Shown: in pieces, positions 1 to 8,906 of the stretch
Layout of the letters: each line of letters opens with the position of its first letter
Numbering within the stretch: the stretch's first letter is position 1
Virus record (IMG/VR): IMGVR_UViG_3300032285_001218
Coordinates: 1-55,024 of that record
From: a virus
Lineage: Duplodnaviria > Caudoviricetes
Direction: 5' to 3' (one strand)
DNA: 55,024 nucleotides
Translations under genes and position numbers: made by a program
Notes under the pieces: model-generated
Database searches by the model: none
What the model saw: the letters and a program-made list of their open reading frames with translations, nothing else
Told to the model about the DNA's origin: nothing

Positions 1-2
1 TA

Positions 3-842
3 TTTACTGATGCTTGGCACCCTGGTATCGTCAATTTAAAATACATGAGTGAACTACTGAATATTCCAGTAGTTACACATGGCTTGTGGCATGCTGGTAG
101 TTATGATCCCCAAGACTTCCTAGGTCGGCTAGTTGGCAAAAAGAAATGGGTCAGAAATGCTGAGAAAAGTTTCTATCATGCATTTGATCATAACTACTTT
201 GCTACAGAGTTCCATGTTAAGTTATTCATCGATGAATTGTTAGAAGATGGATTCAAAGAAGAAAATCCATGGTACGAAGAAGACTTTGCCGAACGTTACG
301 ACGATGGCAAAATGGTTCGTACAGGTTGGCCCATGGAATATATGGAAGATACATTGCTACCATATAAGAACATGACTAAACGTGATCTTATCTTGTTCCC
401 GCATCGTATTGCACCAGAGAAGCAAGTTGATATCTTCCGCGACTTGTCTACACATTTGCCACAATACGAATTTATTGTTTGTCAAGATCAACAACTTACC
501 AAGCACGAATATCACACACTGCTAGGTGAATCTAAAATGGTGTTTAGTGCCAACTTGCAAGAGACGCTTGGCATTAGTTGGTATGAAGGTGCTATTGTAG
601 ATTCTATTCCTATGGTGCCTGATCGTTTAAGTTATAGTGAAATGGCATTTGATACATTTAAGTATCCTAATGAATGGACAGAAAGTTTTGAAGCATATTC
701 TACATATAGACCGTTTGTTTGTAAAACAATTATAGATCATATGGAGAACTATAAAACTAGACTACCCATGCTACATAAACAAACGGAGTCTTTACGTGAC
801 AACTACTTCTCATCCAAAGAATTACTCAACAACATCAAGTGA
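3..842 (+). CDS. GT-B (GT4-like) glycosyltransferase, 5'-truncated by window edge
   Basis: Frame is open from position 3 (FTDAWHPGIVNLKY-M45); FPHRIAPEKQ and ETLGISWYE (EX7E) resemble retaining GT-B motifs. Confidence 0.7.
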   Translation, partial: FTDAWHPGIVNLKYMSELLNIPVVTHGLWHAGSYDPQDFLGRLVGKKKWVRNAEKSFYHAFDHNYFATEFHVKLFIDELLEDGFKEENPWYEEDFAERYDDGKMVRTGWPMEYMEDTLLPYKNMTKRDLILFPHRIAPEKQVDIFRDLSTHLPQYEFIVCQDQQLTKHEYHTLLGESKMVFSANLQETLGISWYEGAIVDSIPMVPDRLSYSEMAFDTFKYPNEWTESFEAYSTYRPFVCKTIIDHMENYKTRLPMLHKQTESLRDNYFSSKELLNNIK

Positions 843-1209
843 TACTATAACTATAACTAGTTTAGATACTATTGATTTTAATTCAATTAGTACTATATCT
901 AGTATAGATTATACATCACCAGCATATAGCTATAGTAATAACTATGGTACAATTATTACTGGTGCAACAGTTGGAGGAGTAATTCCATCATTAACTACAT
1001 CACAAATTAATTCGATAGCGATCGATACATCATCATTTAAAATCAACATTCCAGAAGAATGGGTTAATTGTTTGCCAGATTTTAATCGTATTGAAAAAAT
1101 GTGTGAAGAATATCCAGGCTTAAAGATAGCATACGAAAAATTTAAGACAACTTATAAACTAGTAGCAGATCATTATGATACTCCAAAAGATAAAAGACCA
1201 AAGCCTTAA
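796..1209 (+). CDS. hypothetical protein, Ser/Thr-rich N-terminus
   Basis: 137-aa ORF in tightly packed operon; C-terminal EEYPGLKIAYEKF motif. Confidence 0.6.
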   Translation: MTTTSHPKNYSTTSSDTITITSLDTIDFNSISTISSIDYTSPAYSYSNNYGTIITGATVGGVIPSLTTSQINSIAIDTSSFKINIPEEWVNCLPDFNRIEKMCEEYPGLKIAYEKFKTTYKLVADHYDTPKDKRPKP

Positions 1210-1651
1210 CTGGTTAGAAAAACACGATCGTAAACGGATCATTATGGATCGTACTAGCCAAGAACCTTTACTAACAAGGTATTATATATTCTTGAAAGAC
1301 CGTAAATGGTTTCCATTCAATGTGTTCATTCACAAGTTTCATAAGTCAGATCCAGATGATGTTCATGACCATCCATGGCCGTATGCCACACTAATACTAT
1401 CAGGTGGCTACTATGAGTACGTTCCTGAATTTAATTCTAAAGGAGAAATGATTGCAGAAATCAAACATTGGCGGAAGCCTGGTCATTTTCGCACTTGTAG
1501 TGCTAATAGTTATCATCGCATTGAACTAGACCCTAATGTAACAGCATGGACTATGTTTATGCCTGGCCCTCAAAAACGTGAGTGGGGATTTTTAGTAAGC
1601 AACAAATGGATACATAATGAGCACTATCTGGAATCCCGTAAATCCAACTAA
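1175..1651 (+). CDS. cupin-fold metal-binding protein
   Basis: HKFHKSDPDDVHDHPW...LSGGYYE...HRIEL cupin His/Glu pattern. Confidence 0.65.
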   Translation: MILQKIKDQSLNWLEKHDRKRIIMDRTSQEPLLTRYYIFLKDRKWFPFNVFIHKFHKSDPDDVHDHPWPYATLILSGGYYEYVPEFNSKGEMIAEIKHWRKPGHFRTCSANSYHRIELDPNVTAWTMFMPGPQKREWGFLVSNKWIHNEHYLESRKSN

Positions 1652-1994
1652 TCCAACTCCACTAACTGTTGGAACAGTTTATACCACTAATAATACTGGA
1701 CAGTTTTTAACAAGCGGATCAAATGGAACTAGTTGGGCCAATCCAAACGACAACGTAATGATTGTTAAGCAAGATCCTGCTAGTTTAGAAGTTAAAGGTA
1801 AAGTAGTTATAAACGGTGTAGACTTGGAAGAACGGCTAAAGACAATCGAAAAAGTCTTGCAAATTCCCGAAAGAGATGTTAAACTAGAAAAGAAGCACCC
1901 AAAGCTAAAGAAGTTATACGACGAGTATATTAATGCTTTGGGTAAGTATAGAACATTTGAAGCAATTAAAGGAGATGATGATGGAACTACATGA
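1617..1994 (+). CDS. hypothetical protein, Thr/Asn-rich N-terminus
   Basis: 125-aa ORF; C-terminal EKKHPKLKKLYDEY. Confidence 0.6.
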   Translation: MSTIWNPVNPTNPTPLTVGTVYTTNNTGQFLTSGSNGTSWANPNDNVMIVKQDPASLEVKGKVVINGVDLEERLKTIEKVLQIPERDVKLEKKHPKLKKLYDEYINALGKYRTFEAIKGDDDGTT

Positions 1995-2211
1995 ATCAGT
2001 TGCAGGTACTGCAAAAGAAATGACAATTAAGCAATCGGAAAGTTTTCGTGTACGTATGGAAAAACACGAAGTAATAAATCCCAAAGGATTGTACAGTCTT
2101 AACATCATTCAAGAAAGTTTAAAAGACGGTGAAGTAACCGATAGTCAAACTTATAATTTTTTTATGTCCAAGAGCGAATTAAACACATTGGCTTATTCAC
2201 TAACTCTATGA
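1981..2211 (+). CDS. hypothetical protein
   Basis: AGGAG at 1970-1974 favours ATG 1981 over 1933; stop overlaps next start. Confidence 0.6.
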   Translation: MELHESVAGTAKEMTIKQSESFRVRMEKHEVINPKGLYSLNIIQESLKDGEVTDSQTYNFFMSKSELNTLAYSLTL

Positions 2212-2699
2212 AAAAGATTTACTATACTTGGCAGCAAGTAGAAGGTGCTTGTTTAGAAATTGCTAGACAGATGCATATTCATTACTGGCGGCCAGATTAT
2301 ATTGTGGGTATTACACGTGGCGGACTTGTTCCTGCTAATTTAATCAGTCAGTATACTGACATAAAAATGAACAGCCTAGACATTAGTCTACGTGACAGTG
2401 GTGATTGTGTTAGCAATTTAAGCATGGCCGAAGATGCATTTAACGGTAAAAAGATTCTTATAGTAGATGACATTAACGATCAAGGTTCTACTGTTAATTG
2501 GATTAAAAAAGATTGGCCTAGCGGTTGTTTTCCGGATGACCCTAAATGGGAGGGCATCTGGGGAGACACCGTTCGTTTTGCAGTTTTGACTCATAATTTT
2601 GGCAGTCAGTTTAAAGATCCAGACTATTATGTATGGACTGTGAACAAGGCAGAAGAAGATTGTTGGTTAGTTTATCCTTGGGAGGAATTTTGGAAATGA
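2208..2699 (+). CDS. type I phosphoribosyltransferase (Gpt/Hpt-like)
   Basis: PDYIVGITRGGLVPA, PRPP-binding ILIVDDINDQG, C-terminal WLVYPWE. Confidence 0.85.
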   Translation: MKKIYYTWQQVEGACLEIARQMHIHYWRPDYIVGITRGGLVPANLISQYTDIKMNSLDISLRDSGDCVSNLSMAEDAFNGKKILIVDDINDQGSTVNWIKKDWPSGCFPDDPKWEGIWGDTVRFAVLTHNFGSQFKDPDYYVWTVNKAEEDCWLVYPWEEFWK

Positions 2700-2887
2700 C
2701 ATCAGCTTTAATTAAACTTATAGTAGGCATTACACTAATTGTAATTGCCATTGCAATTGGACCTATACTAGGAATATGGTCATTGAACACTTTATTCCCA
2801 GTATTGCAAATTCCTTTAACATGGGAAACATGGGCAGCATTTGCTATTTTATTTGGCAGTAGTATTGCAACGAGGTTGAAAAAATGA
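2696..2887 (+). CDS. small membrane protein
   Basis: GGAGG at 2681-2685, ATG 2696; two hydrophobic segments. Confidence 0.6.
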   Translation: MTSALIKLIVGITLIVIAIAIGPILGIWSLNTLFPVLQIPLTWETWAAFAILFGSSIATRLKK

Positions 2888-3051
2888 GTGATTTAACTAT
2901 CGAGTCGTTAAAAGCTAAAATAGAAACAGTAAATAACGATATTCAAAAATTGCAAAGTGAAGGCGAAAACATTCGAAAAATTGAAACATTAACGGAATAT
3001 AAAAAATATCTCCAAAATGAATTAACATCACTAGAAAAGGGTAAACTATGA
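2884..3051 (+). CDS. small coiled-coil protein (55 aa, not in ORF track)
   Basis: Hand-translated MSDLTIESLKAKIETVNNDIQKL...KGKL; ATGA overlaps at both ends. Confidence 0.55.
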   Translation: MSDLTIESLKAKIETVNNDIQKLQSEGENIRKIETLTEYKKYLQNELTSLEKGKL

Positions 3052-3203
3052 TATCTGAATATTTTCAAATCAAATCATCCATTGAAGAGATAGAACATAA
3101 CTCACGTAAAGTTTGTTATTTGTGTTTACCAAAAAGTCAATGGATTACTAATAATCAAAAAGACTTAATTGAAAATAAATTAGAAGAAATAGAAAATGAG
3201 TAA
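3048..3203 (+). CDS. small hypothetical protein (51 aa, not in ORF track)
   Basis: Hand-translated MISEYFQIKSS...EIENE; fills the gap and overlaps both neighbours. Confidence 0.45.
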   Translation: MISEYFQIKSSIEEIEHNSRKVCYLCLPKSQWITNNQKDLIENKLEEIENE

Positions 3204-3447
3204 AGGTAGTAAACAGCGTCCAACTAACATGGCTGCATATAGTTCAAATTACGATAAAATTTTTAATAAGGATAAAGATATGCAAATCAGAGTAAAAGAA
3301 GATCCAAAAGAATTTGGTAAGTGTGGTTGTGGTCGTAGTCCAACAGGTAAGTGTATCGGTTGGCATGGACTCACAGAAGAACAGTTTCAAGAACGTTTAG
3401 AAAAATATCAAACTGGCCGGCAAGACTTATCCGGCAAGGATCTGTAA
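3196..3447 (+). CDS. CDGSH-like Fe-S/Zn-finger small protein
   Basis: CGCGRSPTGKCIGWH resembles the CDGSH motif CxCxxSxxxPxCDGxH; second in-frame ATG at 3280 with AAGGA upstream. Confidence 0.55.
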   Translation: MSKGSKQRPTNMAAYSSNYDKIFNKDKDMQIRVKEDPKEFGKCGCGRSPTGKCIGWHGLTEEQFQERLEKYQTGRQDLSGKDL

Positions 3448-3656
3448 TGTCGCCTAGCGATCATGAGGTCATTGTTAGCTGGCATTCTCACAACGGTGAA
3501 TTTTGGTGGAATGAAACATGTGCTATGGTGGTAGAAGTATTTGGTTTGCCGGGACAACGATTTATGTACACTCCAACTGAAGACTTTATGACATTTTGTT
3601 TCAAATCAAAAAAAGACGCAGGCTTATGTCGTATACTTTTAAGCGAAAGATTGTAG
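3447..3656 (+). CDS. hypothetical protein
   Basis: TAATG coupling to previous gene and AAGGA upstream favour start 3447. Confidence 0.55.
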   Translation: MSPSDHEVIVSWHSHNGEFWWNETCAMVVEVFGLPGQRFMYTPTEDFMTFCFKSKKDAGLCRILLSERL

Positions 3657-3678
3657 ACAAATTAGAACAAAAAATGTC

Positions 3679-3707
3679 TTGCAAAAACCTAAATAAACCT
3701 ATATAAT
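3679..3707 (+). promoter_or_regulatory. sigma70-type promoter for folE operon
   Basis: TTGCAA-17 nt-TATAAT; AGGAG at 3716-3720. Confidence 0.7.
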
Positions 3708-3725
3708 ACAAACATAGGAGTAATA

Positions 3726-4553
3726 ATGACTAACGAATTCAAACCAGATCCAGTATTTCATTCAGATACAGACAATAAATTTGTAGCAGATGAATATACA
3801 CCACTAGGCAAAGAAGTTTATGTCAAAGCCGCAGACATGATGTCCGACAAAGGCTACCAAGAAGGCAAATATCTCGGAGATCATCTTCGCTTTAAAATGA
3901 AACGTGACAATAAACGCTTTTGGGCCGGCGACAATATCAGTGACTACTTGCAAGAAGGCGATGTTGAACGTCTAATTGACGAGGCCGCTGAAGCATTTGA
4001 AACAGTGCTTGATCGTTTGCTTATTGATCGTGAGAATGATCCTAACAGTAAAGGCACGGCACGTAGGCTTGCCAAAATGTACTTTAATGAAATAATGGCA
4101 GGTAGATATGAACACGCACCAGACGCAACAGCATTTCCAAATGATTCGGCGGACCGTTATGAAGGTATGCTCGTTGTTCGTAGTGAGTTGCGCTCTATGT
4201 GCAGTCATCATCACCAGCCTGTTACCGGTGTTGCTTATATTGGTATTATCGCGGCGCAAAAACTTATTGGACTCAGCAAGTACACACGAATCGCACAGTG
4301 GTGTGCAAGACGCGGCACTCTCCAGGAGGAACTTTGTAACGACATTGCTAGGGAAATCCAGAAAGCAACAGACTCCGAAAACGTAGCAGTCTATATTCAG
4401 GCAGTACATGGATGCTGTGAGAATCGTGGTATTATGGCACACTCTAGCCTTACACAAACAACTGTACTCAAAGGTGCGTTCAATAACGACATGGGTACAA
4501 AGAAAGAATTCTTTGATAATATTAAAATGCAACAGGAATTTGCTCCGCGATGA
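3726..4553 (+). CDS. folE: GTP cyclohydrolase I
   Basis: SMCSHH, IGLSK, RRGTLQE, HGCCENRG motifs. Confidence 0.95.
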   Translation: MTNEFKPDPVFHSDTDNKFVADEYTPLGKEVYVKAADMMSDKGYQEGKYLGDHLRFKMKRDNKRFWAGDNISDYLQEGDVERLIDEAAEAFETVLDRLLIDRENDPNSKGTARRLAKMYFNEIMAGRYEHAPDATAFPNDSADRYEGMLVVRSELRSMCSHHHQPVTGVAYIGIIAAQKLIGLSKYTRIAQWCARRGTLQEELCNDIAREIQKATDSENVAVYIQAVHGCCENRGIMAHSSLTQTTVLKGAFNNDMGTKKEFFDNIKMQQEFAPR

Positions 4554-4723
4554 ATCCAAAATATTTGTATACCATTAGGTGGTCGCAACCATATGCTACA
4601 TATCAAATGCGTCCATACTTAAGGCAACTGCGGGATGATTATGAAAAGATCATTGAAGCACAGTTAGAAAGAAACGAATTTACACACGCTAAAGAAGTAA
4701 TCGAAAGGATAATGAAATTATGA
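4550..4723 (+). CDS. small hypothetical protein (57 aa, not in ORF track)
   Basis: Hand-translated MNPKYLYTIRWSQPY...ERIMKL; ATGA overlaps at both ends. Confidence 0.55.
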   Translation: MNPKYLYTIRWSQPYATYQMRPYLRQLRDDYEKIIEAQLERNEFTHAKEVIERIMKL

Positions 4724-5016
4724 ATTGGTTAAAATTAAAACTACGCAGTTGGGTGATGAGTGCTCAAGACGAACCTGACCAAATTTATTCAAATTCTAAA
4801 GTGAGCCGGGGCCTTGCCACAGCAAGTACTCGTGATGTTGGCAGTGATCCTACACTACAGTTTAAGATTTACAATGCCATTGGCGGCAAGGTCGTAGAGT
4901 TTAGTCGCTACGATAGACAAAAAGATCGACACTTCCACGATATTTACATTATTGGCAAAGATGAAGACTTTGGCACAAAGATTGCTAAAATTGCCATGCT
5001 AGAGGTGCTTAAATGA
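4720..5016 (+). CDS. hypothetical protein
   Basis: 98-aa ORF, translationally coupled. Confidence 0.6.
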   Translation: MNWLKLKLRSWVMSAQDEPDQIYSNSKVSRGLATASTRDVGSDPTLQFKIYNAIGGKVVEFSRYDRQKDRHFHDIYIIGKDEDFGTKIAKIAMLEVLK

Positions 5017-5354
5017 CACCGCAGATTCCTGCAGAAGGCATACTAAAAACAAACGACTGGGGTGATAGTAAAGTCTATCGAATTGCTTGCGAATGTGGAG
5101 ACGAAAGCCATAACCATAATGTATGGATTGAAGCAGAAGATACTGGCATTGTTGTTAGTATATATACAACAGGTAAAACAAATTGTTGGAGTAAAACACG
5201 TTGGTATCATCTTTGGACATTGCTAACTAAAGGTTATATCGATACAGAATCTGTTGTTCATTTAACCAAACAACAAGCATTAAACTATGCAGAGACATTA
5301 AAATCTGCTATAATAGATGTAGAAGATTTCAGGAAGAAAAATGTCAAAAATTAA
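5013..5354 (+). CDS. hypothetical protein
   Basis: 113-aa ORF with CECxxxxH motif. Confidence 0.6.
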   Translation: MTPQIPAEGILKTNDWGDSKVYRIACECGDESHNHNVWIEAEDTGIVVSIYTTGKTNCWSKTRWYHLWTLLTKGYIDTESVVHLTKQQALNYAETLKSAIIDVEDFRKKNVKN

Positions 5355-6183
5355 AATTGCAGAATTATTTTACAGTATTCAAGGTGAAGGACGCTATATG
5401 GGCGTTCCGTCTGTGTTTTTACGTACATTTGGTTGTAACTTTACATGTGACGGCTTTGGTATGCCGCGTGGGGAACAAAGCAAAGAGCGTGATTTTATTG
5501 CAGCCGATATTAAGAAGTTTTTTAAGTATGAAGACTTACCACTAGTAAGTTCAGGCTGCGATAGTTATGCAAGTTGGGATCCACGATTTAAAGATTTAAG
5601 TCCGCTATTGACCACAGATGCTATTGCTAATCAAATTATGGAAATTTTGCCGCACGGTGAATGGCGTGACGAGCATCTTGTCATCACAGGTGGCGAGCCA
5701 TTGCTGGGTTGGCAACGTGCTTATCCAGATTTACTTAATCATACTAAAATGCAAGGCTTAAAAGAAATCACATTTGAAACAAACGGAACTCAACAATTAA
5801 CTCCAGAGTTTAGAGAATACTTGCATAATTGGAGAGGTGATAGTCGAGAAATTACATTTAGTGTAAGTGCTAAACTTCCAGCCAGTGGCGAGAAATGGGG
5901 AGACGCTATCTGTCCAGAAATTGTTTGTACATATGAAGAAGTCGGTACAGCATATCTTAAATTTGTTGTAGCAACAGAACAAGATATTGCAGATGCAGAA
6001 TGTGCTGTAGGTGCATTCCGTAGTGCTGGATTTGAAGGACATGTTTATCTAATGCCAGTCGGTGGCGTGGAATCTGTATATACATTTAACGCAAAGAATG
6101 TAGCACTTGCGGCTATGAAGCGTGGATGGCGTTATAGCGATAGGCTACAAGTACCATTGTTTAAAAATGAGTGGGGAACTTGA
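5341..6183 (+). CDS. queE: 7-carboxy-7-deazaguanine synthase (radical SAM)
   Basis: ELFYSIQGEG, FLRTFGCNFTC...GCDS, ITGGEP, FETNGT, RLQ near C-terminus; close to folE. Confidence 0.9.
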   Translation: MSKIKIAELFYSIQGEGRYMGVPSVFLRTFGCNFTCDGFGMPRGEQSKERDFIAADIKKFFKYEDLPLVSSGCDSYASWDPRFKDLSPLLTTDAIANQIMEILPHGEWRDEHLVITGGEPLLGWQRAYPDLLNHTKMQGLKEITFETNGTQQLTPEFREYLHNWRGDSREITFSVSAKLPASGEKWGDAICPEIVCTYEEVGTAYLKFVVATEQDIADAECAVGAFRSAGFEGHVYLMPVGGVESVYTFNAKNVALAAMKRGWRYSDRLQVPLFKNEWGT

Positions 6184-6635
6184 TGTTAAAAAACTTCTTT
6201 AAACGGATGACTGGTTTAGATAAAGTTGAACAAGCACTTATCGAAACACAAGCTAAATTGGCAACTACTGTAGATGAAACTGCCAAACATCTAAAAGAAG
6301 CAGAGGCCGCACGAGCGGCCGAGGTACAGGCTAAACTTACTCCAAAAGAACGTGCCACTGCCAAAGGTGAACCATGGGTCGCTGTTTTGGATACACATGT
6401 CAATAAAGATAATATTAGAAATGGCTTTTTTGAGCTTGACTGGAATGCCGAGTTTGTAGTACAATTAAAACGAGAAGGATATGGTTATGACGGCGATCCT
6501 GATGAAGAAATTGTAGATCGCTGGTTTCGTGATCTTGCTCGAAACGTGCTAGCTGACGAGGGTCAAGATACAACTCGTGGTGCTGGTTATATTAATGTAA
6601 GAAAATTGCCAGGTGGCAAATCGGAAATTGAATGA
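6183..6635 (+). CDS. hypothetical protein
   Basis: ORF coupled to queE stop; FFELDWN motif. Confidence 0.65.
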   Translation: MLKNFFKRMTGLDKVEQALIETQAKLATTVDETAKHLKEAEAARAAEVQAKLTPKERATAKGEPWVAVLDTHVNKDNIRNGFFELDWNAEFVVQLKREGYGYDGDPDEEIVDRWFRDLARNVLADEGQDTTRGAGYINVRKLPGGKSEIE

Positions 6636-7648
6636 CATATATTATTGTTGATACTGCTAATACATTTTTTCGTGCTAGACACGTTGTACAAGGTGCGGCC
6701 GATATTAAACTTGGCATGGCATTTCATATTACATTTAACAGTATCAAGAAAGCATGGAAAGACTTTGGCGGTACTCATGTAGTATTCTGCCTCGAAGGTC
6801 GAAGCTGGCGTAAAGACTTTTATGCTCCGTATAAAGCAAATCGTACCGCAGTACGTGCCGCACATACTCAGAAAGAAGCAGAAGAAGAAAAGATTTTCTG
6901 GGAAGCATTTGACGAGTTTAAAAACTTTGTTAGTGAAAAGACTAACTGCACAGTAATGCAACACCCTAAACTAGAAGCAGATGATCTCATTGCCGGTTGG
7001 GTGCAAGCACATCCAAATGACAAACATGTTATCATTTCGACAGATGGCGATTTCGCACAATTAATTACACATAATGTGAGCCAATATAATGGTGTAGGTG
7101 ATTTGCATATTACACATGAAGGTACATTTGATGCGAAAGGTAAACCTGTTAAAGACAAAAAGACAGGCGAGCCAAAAGCCGCACAAGATCCCGAATGGAT
7201 GCTATTTGAAAAATGTATGCGTGGCGACACAAGCGATAATGTCTTTAGTGCTTTCCCCGGTGTACGTACTAAAGGTAGTAAAAACAAAGTTGGACTTACT
7301 GAAGCATTCGAAGACCGTAAAAGTCGCGGATATAATTGGAACAATCTCATGTTGCAACGTTGGGTTGACCATAATGGTGAAGAACATCGTGTATTAGAAG
7401 ATTATCAACGTAATGTACAGCTATGTGACTTAACAGCACAACCTGACGAAATCAAGGGATATATACGTGAAACAATTGCAACTCATGCAGTACCAAAAAC
7501 AGTTGATCAAGTTGGTATACGTATGTTAAAATTCTGTAATAGTTACGACATGAAAAAAATTGCCGATAACATACAATCATATGCAGAGCCGTTTCAGGCA
7601 AAATACCCGCTTACAAAGGCAGCAGAAAATTTATTTGAGGAAAAATAA
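6632..7648 (+). CDS. rnh: T4-type RNase H / 5'-3' flap exonuclease
   Basis: IIVD, SWRK..Y..YKANR, EADD, STDGDF, RGDTSDNV acidic motifs. Confidence 0.9.
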   Translation: MTYIIVDTANTFFRARHVVQGAADIKLGMAFHITFNSIKKAWKDFGGTHVVFCLEGRSWRKDFYAPYKANRTAVRAAHTQKEAEEEKIFWEAFDEFKNFVSEKTNCTVMQHPKLEADDLIAGWVQAHPNDKHVIISTDGDFAQLITHNVSQYNGVGDLHITHEGTFDAKGKPVKDKKTGEPKAAQDPEWMLFEKCMRGDTSDNVFSAFPGVRTKGSKNKVGLTEAFEDRKSRGYNWNNLMLQRWVDHNGEEHRVLEDYQRNVQLCDLTAQPDEIKGYIRETIATHAVPKTVDQVGIRMLKFCNSYDMKKIADNIQSYAEPFQAKYPLTKAAENLFEEK

Positions 7649-8154
7649 TGCCTGTATATCTAATCAAACCTTTAGAAAAGAAAAGCATTGTCTGGCATGT
7701 AGAAATGTACCGTCATAACAAAGACGGTAGCATAAGCTGGTTTAATCTCGACGAAACTTATCGTTGGGGGCAAGGCTTTATCGAAGAAGATATGGACTGT
7801 AACTTGCCGTATGAAGATAGCGAAGTTGCCTATTGTAAGCCAGACGGCGGTTGGGGTTGCGAGTTTGATGATAGCATTAATATCGAAATAGAATACAGTG
7901 ATGACATTACTGAAGAAGAACAGGCGGCTATTCGCGAAGCATACTATGAAGGCGGAGCAGGTTGGCTATTTGATGGCGAACATGATTGGCAGGAAGAAGA
8001 TACTTCTGTTCTTGTATACGCACCATTCCAAGTTAGCCTTTGTGATGACGACGGATCAGTTATTGAAGAAAACGTAAAATTAGAAAAACGTCCTACCAGT
8101 GCAGAAATTAAAGCATCTATGGCACAATGGCCATTTGATACAAAGGAAAAATAA
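7648..8154 (+). CDS. acidic hypothetical protein
   Basis: 168-aa D/E-rich ORF with GAGG upstream. Confidence 0.6.
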   Translation: MPVYLIKPLEKKSIVWHVEMYRHNKDGSISWFNLDETYRWGQGFIEEDMDCNLPYEDSEVAYCKPDGGWGCEFDDSINIEIEYSDDITEEEQAAIREAYYEGGAGWLFDGEHDWQEEDTSVLVYAPFQVSLCDDDGSVIEENVKLEKRPTSAEIKASMAQWPFDTKEK

Positions 8155-8636
8155 TGACAGAGATACACGCGAAACCAATCGTAGATGGGAAATTTTGGAT
8201 TGTCGAACAAGACGGCACTAAGATTGCTACACTACATAAGAAAGAAAACAATAAGTTTATACTATCAAGTACCAACGGCGAAGTTATGTTCAACAAAAAA
8301 GAAGACTTGACCAAACAATTTGGCAAAGACTTCTTTTTGAAAAATACTAAAGTTAAAGTTACTTCAGCGGAAGAAGTATACGAGTGTCACGGATATCCAA
8401 CACTATGCTCTCCTTATAATAGTATGTATGATGTTAGACGTAAGTTACCATTGTTTACCAAAAGTGAACAAAGCAAAAGTCTGTATTGTGCAGGCTACTA
8501 TGTTATTAAGTTTAATAAAGGTTGGGTTAAAAGCTTCTGTCCAAAAGCTATTACAATTGAACGATACCCTTACAAAGGCCCGTTTAAAGATAAATTTGAA
8601 ATGAAGGCAATACTTACAAATGCAAAATCCGATTAA
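8154..8636 (+). CDS. hypothetical protein
   Basis: 160-aa ORF, AAGGA upstream. Confidence 0.65.
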   Translation: MTEIHAKPIVDGKFWIVEQDGTKIATLHKKENNKFILSSTNGEVMFNKKEDLTKQFGKDFFLKNTKVKVTSAEEVYECHGYPTLCSPYNSMYDVRRKLPLFTKSEQSKSLYCAGYYVIKFNKGWVKSFCPKAITIERYPYKGPFKDKFEMKAILTNAKSD

Positions 8637-8868
8637 TACAAGCCCTATTGCACAGTTTACCCAAGCAGTAAGAGCAGCCGAGTTAGGTCAACAAAAAGAA
8701 GTTAAGTTGTCTATCCAACAAGCACGATTGTTAAGTTTAACACTAACAGAAGTGTTAGACAAGTTAAATCGTGATTTAGAAACAGTTTATAATGCGGTTA
8801 AAAGTAATTCTGCTACAGAAGTTATAAGTGTGCAAATGGACGGCGGTGGGTTTAACGACCCCAAATAA
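8620..8868 (+). CDS. hypothetical protein
   Basis: 82-aa ORF in operon. Confidence 0.6.
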   Translation: MQNPINTSPIAQFTQAVRAAELGQQKEVKLSIQQARLLSLTLTEVLDKLNRDLETVYNAVKSNSATEVISVQMDGGGFNDPK

Positions 8869-8869
8869 G

Positions 8870-8905
8870 GATAAATATATGCGTATATTATTAGGATACG
8901 CATAT
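8870..8905 (+). promoter_or_regulatory. late-promoter-like GATAAATA overlapping an RBS-containing hairpin
   Basis: 10-bp perfect stem ATATGCGTAT (8877-8886)/ATACGCATAT (8896-8905), AGG in the loop, ATG at 8907. Confidence 0.55.
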
Positions 8906-8906
8906 T

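Noticed and set aside
3972-4559. 195-aa antisense ORF over folE, and similar shadow ORFs (6868-7350, 13515-13976, 24488-24946, 33374-33811)
   Set aside because: Fully overlap well-supported genes, lack RBS and motifs; typical codon-bias shadows
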